This document shows positions 1 through 9,562 of a DNA stretch of 50,179 nt, in pieces (position 1 is the first letter of the stretch; every line of letters starts with the position of its first letter). The DNA lies in NCBI GenBank assembly GCA_003009755.1, contig PXUB01000012.1, forward strand, positions 6,770 through 56,948, in the 5' to 3' direction. The position numbers and the translations under genes were made by a program. The DNA comes from Thermoplasmatales archaeon SW_10_69_26. Its GTDB lineage: Archaea > Thermoplasmatota > SW-10-69-26. Under the pieces are notes generated by a model. That model saw only the letters and a list, made by a program, of their open reading frames with translations. It made no database searches and was not told where the DNA came from.

Positions 1-883
1 CCACGCGGGGAGTTGCGGTGCTCGTTCCGCCGCCGCGTCTTGTTTCGTTGATCGAGTCGGTCTGGGCTACGGCTACACCGCTGGTCCCCAAAAGGTCGGC
101 GGGCACGTGGCAGGCTTGGCAAAACTGGCCGGTGGGGATCGGGTTCTCGTCGGCGTAGTGAAGGCCGACCGTCACCGACCACGGGGGACCTGTGTAGTCA
201 TGGGTGATCGTGGTCGGCCCGGCCCTCACGGGGTCGTTGCCGCCTCCTGCGAATAGGCTTCGACCGCTCTCGGTGAACTCGTGGGTCTGCATGGCGAACG
301 ATGGAAGACCGACCCCCGCTAGGGGCACCTTACTAAGGGACAGGATATCGATCCACGGTTGGTTGTTCACCCATGGAACTCCGTTCATGCCGGAGGTCAT
401 GACGATGGCGGAGTGGGGGGCGGTGCCGAGGGTGTTGCCGCTGCCGGCGCTGGCGACGAGTGTGCCATGCCCGTTGTGGTCGTAGTTGGGAGCCGGCGAT
501 TCCCGGAAGTCGATCTCTCCGTCGATCACGCCCACGATGCGGGTTCCGGGGATGTAGTAGAGTTGGTCGGTCTCCAAGCTGTTCCACACGTCCTGGTCGG
601 CCTGCCAGGCTTCGTCGAAGGTGTCGGCGTCGAGCGTGAGGTTGATGGGTTCGGCGCTTTGCGGGTAGCCGTCGATGTAGGTGGAGGGGTGGGCGGTCCA
701 GTTCGGCGCCCGGAACTCCTCGTGGTAGGGGTTGATGCCCATGTCATCGTAACCGATGACGAAGGGTTGGTTCGGGTTTTGCGCTTGATGGGTGTCCGCG
801 GTGCCGACGGTGGCAAGCAGAACGAGAGTGGTCGAGAGGACCAACAGGGCGAGCACCGTGGTTCGCAGACGGGATCCGGTCAT
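1..883 (-). CDS. S8 (subtilisin-like) secreted serine protease, copy A; runs off the left edge of the window
   Basis: Translated by hand; it is absent from the ORF track because there is no stop in the window. ATG at 883, then a signal peptide (MTGSRLRTTVLALLVLS), YDDMGINP (Asp), HNGHGTLVASAG (His), GGGN (oxyanion Asn) and GGGTSTATPRV (Ser) at the edge. Paralog of 907-2346. Confidence 0.85.
   Translation of the reverse strand, partial: MTGSRLRTTVLALLVLSTTLVLLATVGTADTHQAQNPNQPFVIGYDDMGINPYHEEFRAPNWTAHPSTYIDGYPQSAEPINLTLDADTFDEAWQADQDVWNSLETDQLYYIPGTRIVGVIDGEIDFRESPAPNYDHNGHGTLVASAGSGNTLGTAPHSAIVMTSGMNGVPWVNNQPWIDILSLSKVPLAGVGLPSFAMQTHEFTESGRSLFAGGGNDPVRAGPTTITHDYTGPPWSVTVGLHYADENPIPTGQFCQACHVPADLLGTSGVAVAQTDSINETRRGGGTSTATPRV
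663..739. repeat. 77-bp exact direct repeat shared by the two S8 genes (partner at 2144-2220)
   Basis: Base-by-base comparison of GGGTAGCCGTCG...GGTTGATGCC in both copies. Confidence 0.9.
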
Positions 884-906
884 CGTCTTGGTTCGGTTAT
901 GGAGGG

Positions 907-2346
907 TTAGCGGGTCGCGCGATCGAGGCCCCCACTCACGAGGGCCTGGGTCGAGGCCGCGAGGTCGAGCGTTGGATCGGTCCAGCAGTTGCCATTATAC
1001 GATCCGCGGAACTCGTCGTCTTGGCAGAGTGTGGTGGCCCAGTACGCGCTGCGGGTGTCCTGCCAGAACCGGTGCCAGCGGTCGTCGACAGGACGATCCG
1101 GCCAAGGTTCGTGGCCGAGCAGGATGTCGTGAGCGTGTTGGTTGGCGGTGAAGTTGTGCAGGCCGTAGCCTTGCCAGGTGTAGCGAGCCTCGGCAGGTTG
1201 GGGCTGGTTGTTCGGGAACGTTGTGGGGGAGAGTCCGAAGGTGAGGGTTTCGAGGGTGTGGTCGGGCATCGCCCAGGGGAGGGGGATGGCGGGTTGGCGG
1301 AGCAGTGATTCGAGTTCGGTGCGGTTGAACGAGCCATCGGCGAGCGGGCCCTGGCCGGGTAGGATGGTTTCGGGGGGTGCCTTGGCGTAGGCGGTTGCCG
1401 GGTTCGTGGGTGGGTGGCTTACATCGTTTAGTCGTTGGCGTGCGGTGTCGATGAGCTGGGCGGCGTGGCCGGCGACGCGGGGTGTCGCGGTGCTCGTGCC
1501 GCCTCCGATCGTCGTCCCGTTCATCGAGTCGGTCTCTGCGACGGGGACGCGCATGGTGCCGAGGACCTGGATCGGACGGTCGTAGTTGGCTGGGACATGC
1601 GTGCCGGGGGTGCCTCCCTGGGCGGAGGGGCGAGCGGCTCCGACCTGCACGATCCACGGCGGCCCTCGCTGATCGCCGTGCAGGTTTGTACCTGGGCTCG
1701 TAGCAGGACCATTCCCACCGCCGTTGAAGATGCTTCGTCCCTCCTCTACGATCGCGTGAGAGGTTCGGGCAGAGCCGAATCCGGGAACGCTGACGATTTT
1801 AGCCGTGCTGATCGAGATGACGTCGATCCAGGGCTGGCCTTCCATCCACGAGTACTTGATCCCACCGGAGGTCATGACGATCGCCGAGTGGGGGGCGGTG
1901 CCCAGTGTGTTCCCGCTACCGGCGCTGGCCACCAGGGTGCCATGGCCATGATCGTCGTGGTCGTACCCGGGCGCCGGCTCCTGTTCGAACTGGATCCGAT
2001 CGTCGATCATGCCGACGATCCGCGTGCCGGGGACGTAGTAGAGCTGGTCGGTTTCGGCCTTGCTCCACACGTCCCGGTCGGCTTCCCAGGCTTCGTCGAA
2101 GGTGTCGGCGTCGAGCGTGAGGTTCAACGGTTTGGCTGACTTGGGGTAGCCGTCGATGTAGGTGGAGGGGTGGGCGGTCCAGTTCGGCGCCCGGAACTCC
2201 TCGTGGTAGGGGTTGATGCCGGAGTCCGAGTATCCGATGACGGGGGGAGCCTCTGGAGAGGACCCGAGGGCCGGGACGCTGAGGATGACGAGCAAGCAAC
2301 TGACACATGCAAGCGCCATCCCGAAGCGTCCCGGCGTCCCCTCCAT
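907..2346 (-). CDS. S8 (subtilisin-like) secreted serine protease, copy B
   Basis: Signal peptide; DSGINP, HGHGTLVASAG, GGGNG and GTSTATPRVAG motifs. Confidence 0.88.
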   Translation of the reverse strand: MEGTPGRFGMALACVSCLLVILSVPALGSSPEAPPVIGYSDSGINPYHEEFRAPNWTAHPSTYIDGYPKSAKPLNLTLDADTFDEAWEADRDVWSKAETDQLYYVPGTRIVGMIDDRIQFEQEPAPGYDHDDHGHGTLVASAGSGNTLGTAPHSAIVMTSGGIKYSWMEGQPWIDVISISTAKIVSVPGFGSARTSHAIVEEGRSIFNGGGNGPATSPGTNLHGDQRGPPWIVQVGAARPSAQGGTPGTHVPANYDRPIQVLGTMRVPVAETDSMNGTTIGGGTSTATPRVAGHAAQLIDTARQRLNDVSHPPTNPATAYAKAPPETILPGQGPLADGSFNRTELESLLRQPAIPLPWAMPDHTLETLTFGLSPTTFPNNQPQPAEARYTWQGYGLHNFTANQHAHDILLGHEPWPDRPVDDRWHRFWQDTRSAYWATTLCQDDEFRGSYNGNCWTDPTLDLAASTQALVSGGLDRATR

Positions 2347-2362
2347 ACACGAACCATCCCGT

Positions 2363-2968
2363 TCAGGTCACCGTTGCGCAGGGGACCGGGTTCGAGAAGG
2401 TTACCGACCCGGTCGGTTGCTCGGCCGTCACCGTGGCATCGCAGGAGCCGAAGGTGACCCGAAGGAGCTCCTCGGCGGTTTTTGCGTCAGGGCGATCTAC
2501 GGATTGCTCGGAGATCGGCTGGATCGTTTCGCTGTCGGTCGCCGTCCCGAGAGGGATCGGACAGGAGGAGTCCACGTTCAACACGAGTTGATCGACATCT
2601 CCGTCACCTACGATCGTCGGGACCTGGCAGGTCACGAGGTAGACGGGTGGGACGCCCTCGATAACCAACTCATTGAATTCCGGAGTGACTTCGTCAACGG
2701 CGAGGAGCGTGTTCGTGCAGTCGCACTCGCCGATGTCGACATCCGCGTCCGCGGGCAGTCCTCCACCGCCTCCCCCGCCTCCCCCGCCTCCACCGCCGCA
2801 AATGCCGGACGAGGACGAAGTCGGCGGGGGGCCGATCACGTCGACGAGGCAGTCGATGGCGTCGAGCGGATCGCCGGTTTCGACGCTCGTGTCCGCGCTC
2901 GTGGTCGTCGCGGGCACGATCGCTGTCAACATCGCCAAGCCCAGGACAAGCGTGAGCCGTTTCCTCAT
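2363..2968 (-). CDS. Secreted acidic Cys-containing protein with a Gly13 linker, function unknown
   Basis: Start reassigned to ATG 2968 (MRKRLTLVLGLAMLTAIVPATTTSA signal peptide). Poly-Gly at 2759-2797. 16-bp gap to the S8 gene. Confidence 0.75.
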   Translation of the reverse strand: MRKRLTLVLGLAMLTAIVPATTTSADTSVETGDPLDAIDCLVDVIGPPPTSSSSGICGGGGGGGGGGGGGLPADADVDIGECDCTNTLLAVDEVTPEFNELVIEGVPPVYLVTCQVPTIVGDGDVDQLVLNVDSSCPIPLGTATDSETIQPISEQSVDRPDAKTAEELLRVTFGSCDATVTAEQPTGSVTFSNPVPCATVT

Positions 2969-3203
2969 GAGGCAATACCTCAACTGGGAAAAGAGAACCC
3001 ACCGATAAGAGGTTTCTTGTGGAAGTTTGACGGCCGAGTGGTGGACTGGGGAACGAGTTGGGAGGGATCGACGCTCGACGGCGCCGGGCTGGCCGACGAG
3101 GCCCGCGCGCCCGATTCCAAACCGCCCTCCCGGGGCAAGCGCCTCAGCGTTCGGAGCCTGGCGTCGGCGCCACGCTTTAACAGATGGCGAGGGATGGGTA
3201 TCC

Positions 3204-4655
3204 ATGCTCTCCCTCGAGGACAAGACCTTCGACCTCTTCATCGGCGGCGAGTTCACGGAGGCCGCCGGCGGGCAGACCGCCGAGACCACGAACCCGGGCA
3301 CCGGCGAGGTGATCGGCCACGTCGCCCAAGCCCAGCCCGCGGACGTGGACGAGGCCGTCGCCAGCGCTCACGCCACGTTCGAGGACGAGTGGGGCTCGAT
3401 GGACCCCTACAAGCGCGGCCGGGCGCTCGAAGACTGGGCGGAGATCCTCTGGGATCGGCGCGACCGGATCGCGAAGGTCGAGACCACCGACCAGGGCAAG
3501 ACCCTGCGCGAGGCCCAGGCCGACGTCGCGTTCGCGATCAAGACGATCGAGTACTACGCCGGGCTCACCGACAAGGTGCAAGGCGAAGAGATCCCCGTAC
3601 CGGGGTCGCGCCTGAACTTCACGCGCAAGGAACCGCTCGGCGTCACCGGGCACGTCAGCCCGTGGAACTACCCGTTCCAGCTGGCCGTGCGTTCGCTGGC
3701 GCCAGCGCTCGCCGCCGGCAACACGGCCGTGCTCAAACCCGCATCCTGGACGCCGTTGTCCAGCCTCGCGCTCGCCGAAACCGCCAGCCAGGCCCTGCCC
3801 GACGGCGCGCTCAACGTCGTCCCCGGCCGCGGCTCTCTCGCCGGCGATCGCCTGGTCGAGCACCCGGACGTGCGTGCGCTATCCTTCACCGGCTCCACCG
3901 ACACCGGGATCCAGATCGGGAAGAAAGCGATGGAGAAGTGCGTGCCCGCCACCCTCGAACTCGGCGGGAAGTGTCCCAACGTCGTGTTCGAGGACGCGGA
4001 ACTCGACAAGGCGACCAAGGGCGCGATCTTCGCCGGGTACATGAACGCCGGCCAGATGTGCTGGGCTGGCTCGCGCCTGCTCGTCCAAGAGTCGATCGCC
4101 GACGACGTTGTCGACAACCTCGCCCACGCGCTCGAGAACACGCCCGTCGGCCCCGGCACCGACGAGGCCTCCCAGATGGGTCCGCTCGTCAGCGAGCAGC
4201 GCAAACAGGAGGTCAAGGAGTACATCGAGATCGCCGAGAGCGAGGGACTCGACCTGGTGACCGGTGGGGGCGAACCCGACGACGTGCCCGAGGACGGCCA
4301 CTACCTCGAGCAGACTCTCTTCAAGGACGTGCCCCGCGACTCGCAGCTCGCTCGCGAGGAGGTCTTCGGCCCGGTCGTGACCGTGCACACCTTCGAGGAC
4401 GAGGAGGAGGCCGTCGAGATCGCGAACGACACCGAGTACGGGCTCTACGCCTACGCCTACACCTCCGACATGGGACGCGCGATGCGGCTCAGCGAGGAGC
4501 TCGAGGCCGGCGTCGTCTCGATCAACGAGTCGCCGATCACCTTCCCCCAATCCCCGTTCGGCGGCCACAAGGAGTCCGGTATCGGCCACGAGCAGGGCAA
4601 GGAAGCGATCGAGCACTACACGAAGCAGAAGACGGTGTTCTTCAAGCAGCCCTAG
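3204..4655 (+). CDS. NAD(P)-dependent aldehyde dehydrogenase
   Basis: PWNYP, FTGS, LELGGK, GQMC, EEVFGP and PFGGHKESGIG motifs. TATA-like CTTTAA at 3175-3180. Confidence 0.95.
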   Translation: MLSLEDKTFDLFIGGEFTEAAGGQTAETTNPGTGEVIGHVAQAQPADVDEAVASAHATFEDEWGSMDPYKRGRALEDWAEILWDRRDRIAKVETTDQGKTLREAQADVAFAIKTIEYYAGLTDKVQGEEIPVPGSRLNFTRKEPLGVTGHVSPWNYPFQLAVRSLAPALAAGNTAVLKPASWTPLSSLALAETASQALPDGALNVVPGRGSLAGDRLVEHPDVRALSFTGSTDTGIQIGKKAMEKCVPATLELGGKCPNVVFEDAELDKATKGAIFAGYMNAGQMCWAGSRLLVQESIADDVVDNLAHALENTPVGPGTDEASQMGPLVSEQRKQEVKEYIEIAESEGLDLVTGGGEPDDVPEDGHYLEQTLFKDVPRDSQLAREEVFGPVVTVHTFEDEEEAVEIANDTEYGLYAYAYTSDMGRAMRLSEELEAGVVSINESPITFPQSPFGGHKESGIGHEQGKEAIEHYTKQKTVFFKQP

Positions 4656-4848
4656 CTCGGTCCGCTCCCTCGTCGCCGACCTCTCCTCGCATCACCCCAT
4701 TGCCGTGAACCTCGCGGCTGGCAGGCCCCGTGGTCCAGGAGAGGGCCGCTCCCCAGCGAGGTCGACGATGCGGCCGAGCCTCCCCCGAGGGACCTCCGGT
4801 AAGCCGCCCGGAAAAAGAAAAATGACAGGCGGCCATGCGCGGTCCGCC

Positions 4849-5289
4849 GTGAGCGAGGACGAGGGCACCCGTCGGCACCGCATCCGGTTCGACATGGGCC
4901 TGTACTCGGACAACAAGTCCGCGATCAAGGCCCCGATCAAGGACCAGGACCTCACCTGGCAGTTCCTCGGCCGGGAGGAGGGCAACACGAAGGGTCGCTA
5001 CAGCGGCGACGACCTCGAGGTGTTCGCCCTCTACACCGACGAGCACGCCGACTTCACGTTGCAAGGCACCGACGACGACGCGATCGAGGCGATCTTGACG
5101 GCCTGGGACGAGTTCCCCCACGAGAAGGTCGACGAAGACGAGGAGGACATCGCCAGCCCCGCCGACGAAGAGGAGGAGCTGGAGGTGGCCGTCTGGAAAT
5201 TCAAGAAGCCCACGCGTCGGCCGGGGGAGCCCGAGCACTTCTACGAGCGCCGACTCGAGGACTGGAAGGCCGAGGATCCGCGATCATAG
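4849..5289 (+). CDS. Acidic hypothetical protein
   Basis: Strong host-like codon usage. GTG start follows an A-rich tract at 4811-4823; an alternative ATG lies at 4822. Confidence 0.7.
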   Translation: MSEDEGTRRHRIRFDMGLYSDNKSAIKAPIKDQDLTWQFLGREEGNTKGRYSGDDLEVFALYTDEHADFTLQGTDDDAIEAILTAWDEFPHEKVDEDEEDIASPADEEEELEVAVWKFKKPTRRPGEPEHFYERRLEDWKAEDPRS

Positions 5290-5298
5290 CCCTGGCGG

Positions 5299-7551
5299 TC
5301 AGGGCCGGGCGTCCAGCCACGGGTCGAAGCAGACCTCGGCCCCATCCGTGGAGATCGCTTGCCCCTCGCCGTCGGCCACGGTGCCGGTGCAGGCGTCGGC
5401 GACGTCCCCGCTGGGACCGGACGCGTGGCCCCACCAGTTCTCGCGAGCGTCGACGGGCTCGGCCAGGTCCTGGGCGTGCAGCCCCTCCTCGGTGTTCCCA
5501 GCGATCGCGTTGGCCGCCAGCGTCAGGTCCGCCGGCTGGCCGAGGAGCCCACCCTGCGCCCAGACGCCGACCGCGTTCGCCGTGACCTGGCTGTCGTGGA
5601 CGGCCACGTCCTCGTTGGCCCGGTAGAGCCCGAGGCCGCGATCGTAGCCGGACACCGTCGCGTCGGCCACATGGGCGTCCTCGGTGTCCCAGATCGCCAG
5701 CCCGGTGACCGCCTCGTCCTGGACCGCGTCGAGAGGGTGCGAGCTCGGTCCGGCGATGGCGGCCTGACGGACCGTCGCGTTGCGGGCCTCGATGACGCGC
5801 AGCCCGCCGCCGGCGTTGGCCGCCAGCTGGGCCGTCTCGACGTCGGTCTCGGTGCCGCGGACGTCGATCCCGAACCCGTCGTTGCCCGTGGCGTGGCTGT
5901 CGCGGACCTCGGCGTCGAGCGAGGAGCCGACGACGAGGCCGTGCAGAGCGTTGCGGTGGGCCTCGATGTCGCGAAGCTGGGCGTCGAGGGAGCCCCCGTA
6001 GACGCCGATCCCGAACCCCTCGTTGTCGGAGGCCTCGTTGCCGATCAGGCGGGTCCCCTCGGAGCCGGTGGCCGCGAGGCCGGCGGCGGCGAAGAGGCCG
6101 GCGTCGAACCCGCTGCCGGTCACGGTCGCGTTCCGGATCGTGGTGGATCGGGCATCCGTGACCACGATCCCGGACGAGGGCGCGGCGTCGTGCACGGCGG
6201 TGTCGGTGACGCGAGCGGCCTTCGTCCCGTCGAGCACGATCCCCGAGCGGGTGGCCTCGACCGTCGCCTCGGTGACGTGCACGCTGGTGCTGTCGACGGC
6301 GTGGATCCCGTAGGCCGCGTCCTGCACGTGCACGTCGTCGATCCGGACGCCGGCGGTGTCGACGAGCACGGCCTGGCCCACCGGTTCCTCGATCTGGAGG
6401 CCGCGGTCGGCGTGGTGGTAGACGAGCGGTTGCCCGTTCACCTGGTTGGCTTCGACGTCGTGGACGTAGTGCTCTTGGGTGTCGCCGGTGAGGGCCAGCC
6501 CGCCGCCCGTCATGGCGTTGCCCTGGATGCGGAGATCGGAGGCTTCGTCGACGTGGATCGCGAGGTTGTCCTGCACGCCGTCGACGCGGTTGTCGCGGAT
6601 CAGCGCGTCCTGGGAGAGCTGGACGCGGATCGCCTCGTAGGTGGCCTCGGTCACCTCGTTGCCGACCACGCGGGTGGCCTCGTCGGCGTCCAGGACCCAC
6701 AGCCCACGGTAGGCTTGCCCGACGCGGTTGTCGACGACGGCCACGTCGTCGGTCCCGGACGTGATCACGCCGCTGGACACGGTGAGAGCGACGGCGTTGT
6801 CCCGCACGGTCACGTCGTGGCCGTCGAGGACGACGACGCCGCCCATCGTGGCCGCCGCGACGTTGCTCTCGACGGTCGCGTTGCCGACCGCGTCGAGCAC
6901 GACCCCGCTTGCGCCCGGCGCGGACGGGGCCGAGGAGGCGCCAGTGCCGGTCACGACGTTGTCGCGGACGACCACGTGGGCCTGGGTGCCTTCGATGCGG
7001 ATCGCCTGGTTCGGGGCAGCGACGAGATCGTTGGGCACCTCCCCGCACCACCGCTCGACGCCGGGAACGATGATGCAGGTGGGGATCCCCTGGGAGTTGC
7101 CGGTCGCCTCGATGCACCAGCCCTCGATCACGTAGGGGTTGGCCTCGGTGCCGTCCCCGGCGACGACACCGCTGCCCGGCCGGTAGGTCGGCTCACCCGT
7201 CAGCGGGTCCTCGCCCAGGATGAAGCCCTGCGGGCCGACCTCCTCGGTGATCTCGATCGGCGGGTGCGGGCTGCAGGCGTCGAGATCCTCGGCCGTGATG
7301 CCCGCCTCCGGCACCGGTTCGAGGCCATCGGTGGGCATCGTGGGCATCGATCGGACACTGTCCAGACCCTCGAGCGCGAGGGACCGATCGACGTCTGCGT
7401 CGGCCAGGCCCGTGGCGAGGTTCGCGCTGTCGGCGATCGGCTCGCGGACAGGCGCGCTCGGCGAGGGAGCGGCGAGGGCGAGGCTAGAGAGGCCGACGAG
7501 CGCGAGCGCGGCGGCGAGCCAGGCGTGCCGGGAGGCGACCATGGGCGCCAC
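5299..7551 (-). CDS. Secreted right-handed parallel beta-helix (NosD/pectin-lyase-like) protein
   Basis: Signal peptide; N-cap GDGTEANPYVIEGW; repeated V-x-x-N-x-V beta-helix turns; C-cap DARENWWGHASGP...FDPWL. Confidence 0.85.
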   Translation of the reverse strand: MAPMVASRHAWLAAALALVGLSSLALAAPSPSAPVREPIADSANLATGLADADVDRSLALEGLDSVRSMPTMPTDGLEPVPEAGITAEDLDACSPHPPIEITEEVGPQGFILGEDPLTGEPTYRPGSGVVAGDGTEANPYVIEGWCIEATGNSQGIPTCIIVPGVERWCGEVPNDLVAAPNQAIRIEGTQAHVVVRDNVVTGTGASSAPSAPGASGVVLDAVGNATVESNVAAATMGGVVVLDGHDVTVRDNAVALTVSSGVITSGTDDVAVVDNRVGQAYRGLWVLDADEATRVVGNEVTEATYEAIRVQLSQDALIRDNRVDGVQDNLAIHVDEASDLRIQGNAMTGGGLALTGDTQEHYVHDVEANQVNGQPLVYHHADRGLQIEEPVGQAVLVDTAGVRIDDVHVQDAAYGIHAVDSTSVHVTEATVEATRSGIVLDGTKAARVTDTAVHDAAPSSGIVVTDARSTTIRNATVTGSGFDAGLFAAAGLAATGSEGTRLIGNEASDNEGFGIGVYGGSLDAQLRDIEAHRNALHGLVVGSSLDAEVRDSHATGNDGFGIDVRGTETDVETAQLAANAGGGLRVIEARNATVRQAAIAGPSSHPLDAVQDEAVTGLAIWDTEDAHVADATVSGYDRGLGLYRANEDVAVHDSQVTANAVGVWAQGGLLGQPADLTLAANAIAGNTEEGLHAQDLAEPVDARENWWGHASGPSGDVADACTGTVADGEGQAISTDGAEVCFDPWLDARP

Positions 7552-7609
7552 GCCGCCCAGCGCCCTCTTGGCTGTTCGGGTCCAGGCGCTAGGCGCTCGC
7601 GAACCGACG

Positions 7610-8446
7610 TCAAACGGGTTCGACGAGCATCGTCACGTCGGCGGCGGGCGCCGAGTGCGTCAACGAACCAAGCGAGACCCGGTCGACGTGGGGCGCGTGA
7701 TCCGCCACGGTGCCCAGCGTGATGCCGCCGCTGGCCTCGACGGTGAGGCTCGGTTCCAGGCGTTTCAGCAGCTCCACGAGGTCCCCCAGCCCCTCGGGGT
7801 CGACGTTGTCGAGCAGCACGCCGTCGGCGCTGGCGCGGGCGACGGCGCGGGCTTCGTCGGCGGTCTCGGCCTCGACGATCACCGTCTGGTCCCCCGCGTT
7901 CGATCGGGCGGCCTCGACGGCTTCGTCGACGGAGACGAACGCCAGGTGGTTCTCCTTGACGAGCACCGAGCCGGCGAGGTTGTCCCGGTGAGGCCGACCG
8001 CCGCCCAGGCGCACGGCCTCGTGCTCGCGCTCGCGCAGACCGGGCGTCGTCTTGCGGGTGGCCAGCACCTCGCACTCGGCATCGGTCTCGTCCACCCGGT
8101 CCACGATCTCGGCGGTGCGGGTCGCGATGCCGGACAGGTGGGCCAGCACGTTCAGCGCGGTGCGTTCCCGTGCCAACAACGGGTGGGCTGGACCGTGGGC
8201 CTCGGCCAGCAGCTCGCCGGCGTCGACCCGCTGGCCGTCCTCGACCTCGGGGTCGACGGTGACGCCGTCGGTCTCGAGCACCCGGCAGGCGGTGTCGAGC
8301 CCGGCGACGACGAGCGGTTGCTTTGTGCAGATCTCGGCCTCGGCCTCGGCGTCTTCGGGGATGAGGGACCGCGAGGTGACGTCCTCCTCGGCGCGGTCCT
8401 CGCTCAGCCACGGCCCGATCGGGTCCTCGCCCATCGAGGCGGGCAT
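7610..8446 (-). CDS. nadC: Nicotinate-nucleotide pyrophosphorylase (quinolinate phosphoribosyltransferase)
   Basis: ERTALN, TRKTTPGLR, HR, LLDN, EASGGIT and GSLTHSA motifs. Confidence 0.95.
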   Translation of the reverse strand: MPASMGEDPIGPWLSEDRAEEDVTSRSLIPEDAEAEAEICTKQPLVVAGLDTACRVLETDGVTVDPEVEDGQRVDAGELLAEAHGPAHPLLARERTALNVLAHLSGIATRTAEIVDRVDETDAECEVLATRKTTPGLREREHEAVRLGGGRPHRDNLAGSVLVKENHLAFVSVDEAVEAARSNAGDQTVIVEAETADEARAVARASADGVLLDNVDPEGLGDLVELLKRLEPSLTVEASGGITLGTVADHAPHVDRVSLGSLTHSAPAADVTMLVEPV

Positions 8447-8479
8447 GCGCCTGAGTGGGAAAACGGTTCGGTCCGGGCC

Positions 8480-8986
8480 TCAGCGGTGCTCGAGGGAGTA
8501 GCGTTCCTGGATCAACAGCCAGGCCATGCCGGTGACGGCGGCGATGGCGCCCGCGACGAGGGTCAGGTACCAGCCCCAGTCGGCGGCGGCCGAGAAGCTG
8601 GCCCCCGCAGCGGACGCCGACCCCCAGAAGGACAGATCCTCGGCCGGCCACGTGAGGACAGCCGTCAGGGGAGCCACCAGCAGGAACCCGCCGGAGGCCA
8701 TCCACAGCCAGCCCGCGGTGGACGCCATCTCGGTGTTCTCGCCCTGGAACCGGAGCACCAGCCCGCCGACGAGCCCCACGAAGGTGAGCACGCCGACGGC
8801 CACGACGGCGGCCCCGTTCACGACGGAATCGAGCGGTCCGGGATCGAAGGGCGAGACGCTGGCGGCGATCCCGCTCGACCCGGCGTCGGCCCTCAACGTC
8901 CACCAGGGGGCCACGAGCCCGATCGCGGCGACGATGAGGCTGAGGCCGGCCGCGAACGGCAGATGGCGGGGTGGGTCCCACCCCAT
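8480..8986 (-). CDS. Small membrane protein with about 4 TM helices
   Basis: Four hydrophobic segments and APWW / WGWYL motifs. The longer ORF call extends into the non-coding repeat array. Confidence 0.7.
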   Translation of the reverse strand: MGWDPPRHLPFAAGLSLIVAAIGLVAPWWTLRADAGSSGIAASVSPFDPGPLDSVVNGAAVVAVGVLTFVGLVGGLVLRFQGENTEMASTAGWLWMASGGFLLVAPLTAVLTWPAEDLSFWGSASAAGASFSAAADWGWYLTLVAGAIAAVTGMAWLLIQERYSLEHR

Positions 8987-9054
8987 ACGGGATAGCACGG
9001 GACCGGACGCAAGAGGCTTTCGAGTTCCATCGAAAATTTCCGTATCTGCGTGTC

Positions 9055-9429
9055 CGCGTCGGGCGGTTGGCGAGGAAATTTTCATCAAAACGGGGGGCAG
9101 CGGTATGCACGACGCCCCCCAAATCACGAACATATCGACACAGGCCGATGACGCGTCGTGCAGCTGGCGAGGAAATTTTCATCAAAACGGGGGGCAGCGG
9201 TATCCGCGACGCCCCCCAACCACGAACACACCGACGTAGGCCGATGACGCGTCGTGCAGCTGGCGAGGAAATCTCCCTCGAACGGGCAACGGTATCCGCG
9301 ACGCCCCCAACCACGAACACACCGACGTAGGCCGATGACGCGTTGGGCGGCTGACGAGGAAATCTCCCTCGAACGGGCAACGGTATCCGCGACGCCCCCA
9401 ACCACGAACACACCGACGTAGGCCGATGA
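9055..9429. repeat. Tandem array of four imperfect units (97, 96, 91, 91 bp)
   Basis: Units start at 9055, 9152, 9248 and 9339. Each has CGCGT...CGAGGAAAT...CGGTAT...CGACGCCCCC...CACGAACA...AGGCCGATGA. Confidence 0.95.
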
Positions 9430-9562
9430 CCTATCCTGCAAGCGACGGGGGACTCCATCGAGACGGGGTCAGCTGCGGGTGCGGCGGGCCCACCCGCGAG
9501 GCTCGTCGCCGGTCCGAGGCGCGCGGCAAACCTTCATGGCGAGGGGGTCCCTGCCCAGTGCG

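Noticed and set aside
2759-2797. Phase-variable tract in the poly-Gly linker
   Set aside because: The unit is 9 bp with mixed codons, so slippage keeps the frame; it is a linker, not an on/off switch.
9024-9200. Replication origin (GTTCCATCGAAA and TTTCATCAAAACGGGGGG resemble ORB plus G-string)
   Set aside because: The spacing differs from the canonical TTCCA-n3-GAAA, and there is no adjacent orc1/cdc6 or AT-rich unwinding region.
9055-9429. CRISPR array
   Set aside because: The units are 91-97 bp and repeat end to end with no unique spacers; no cas genes are in the window.
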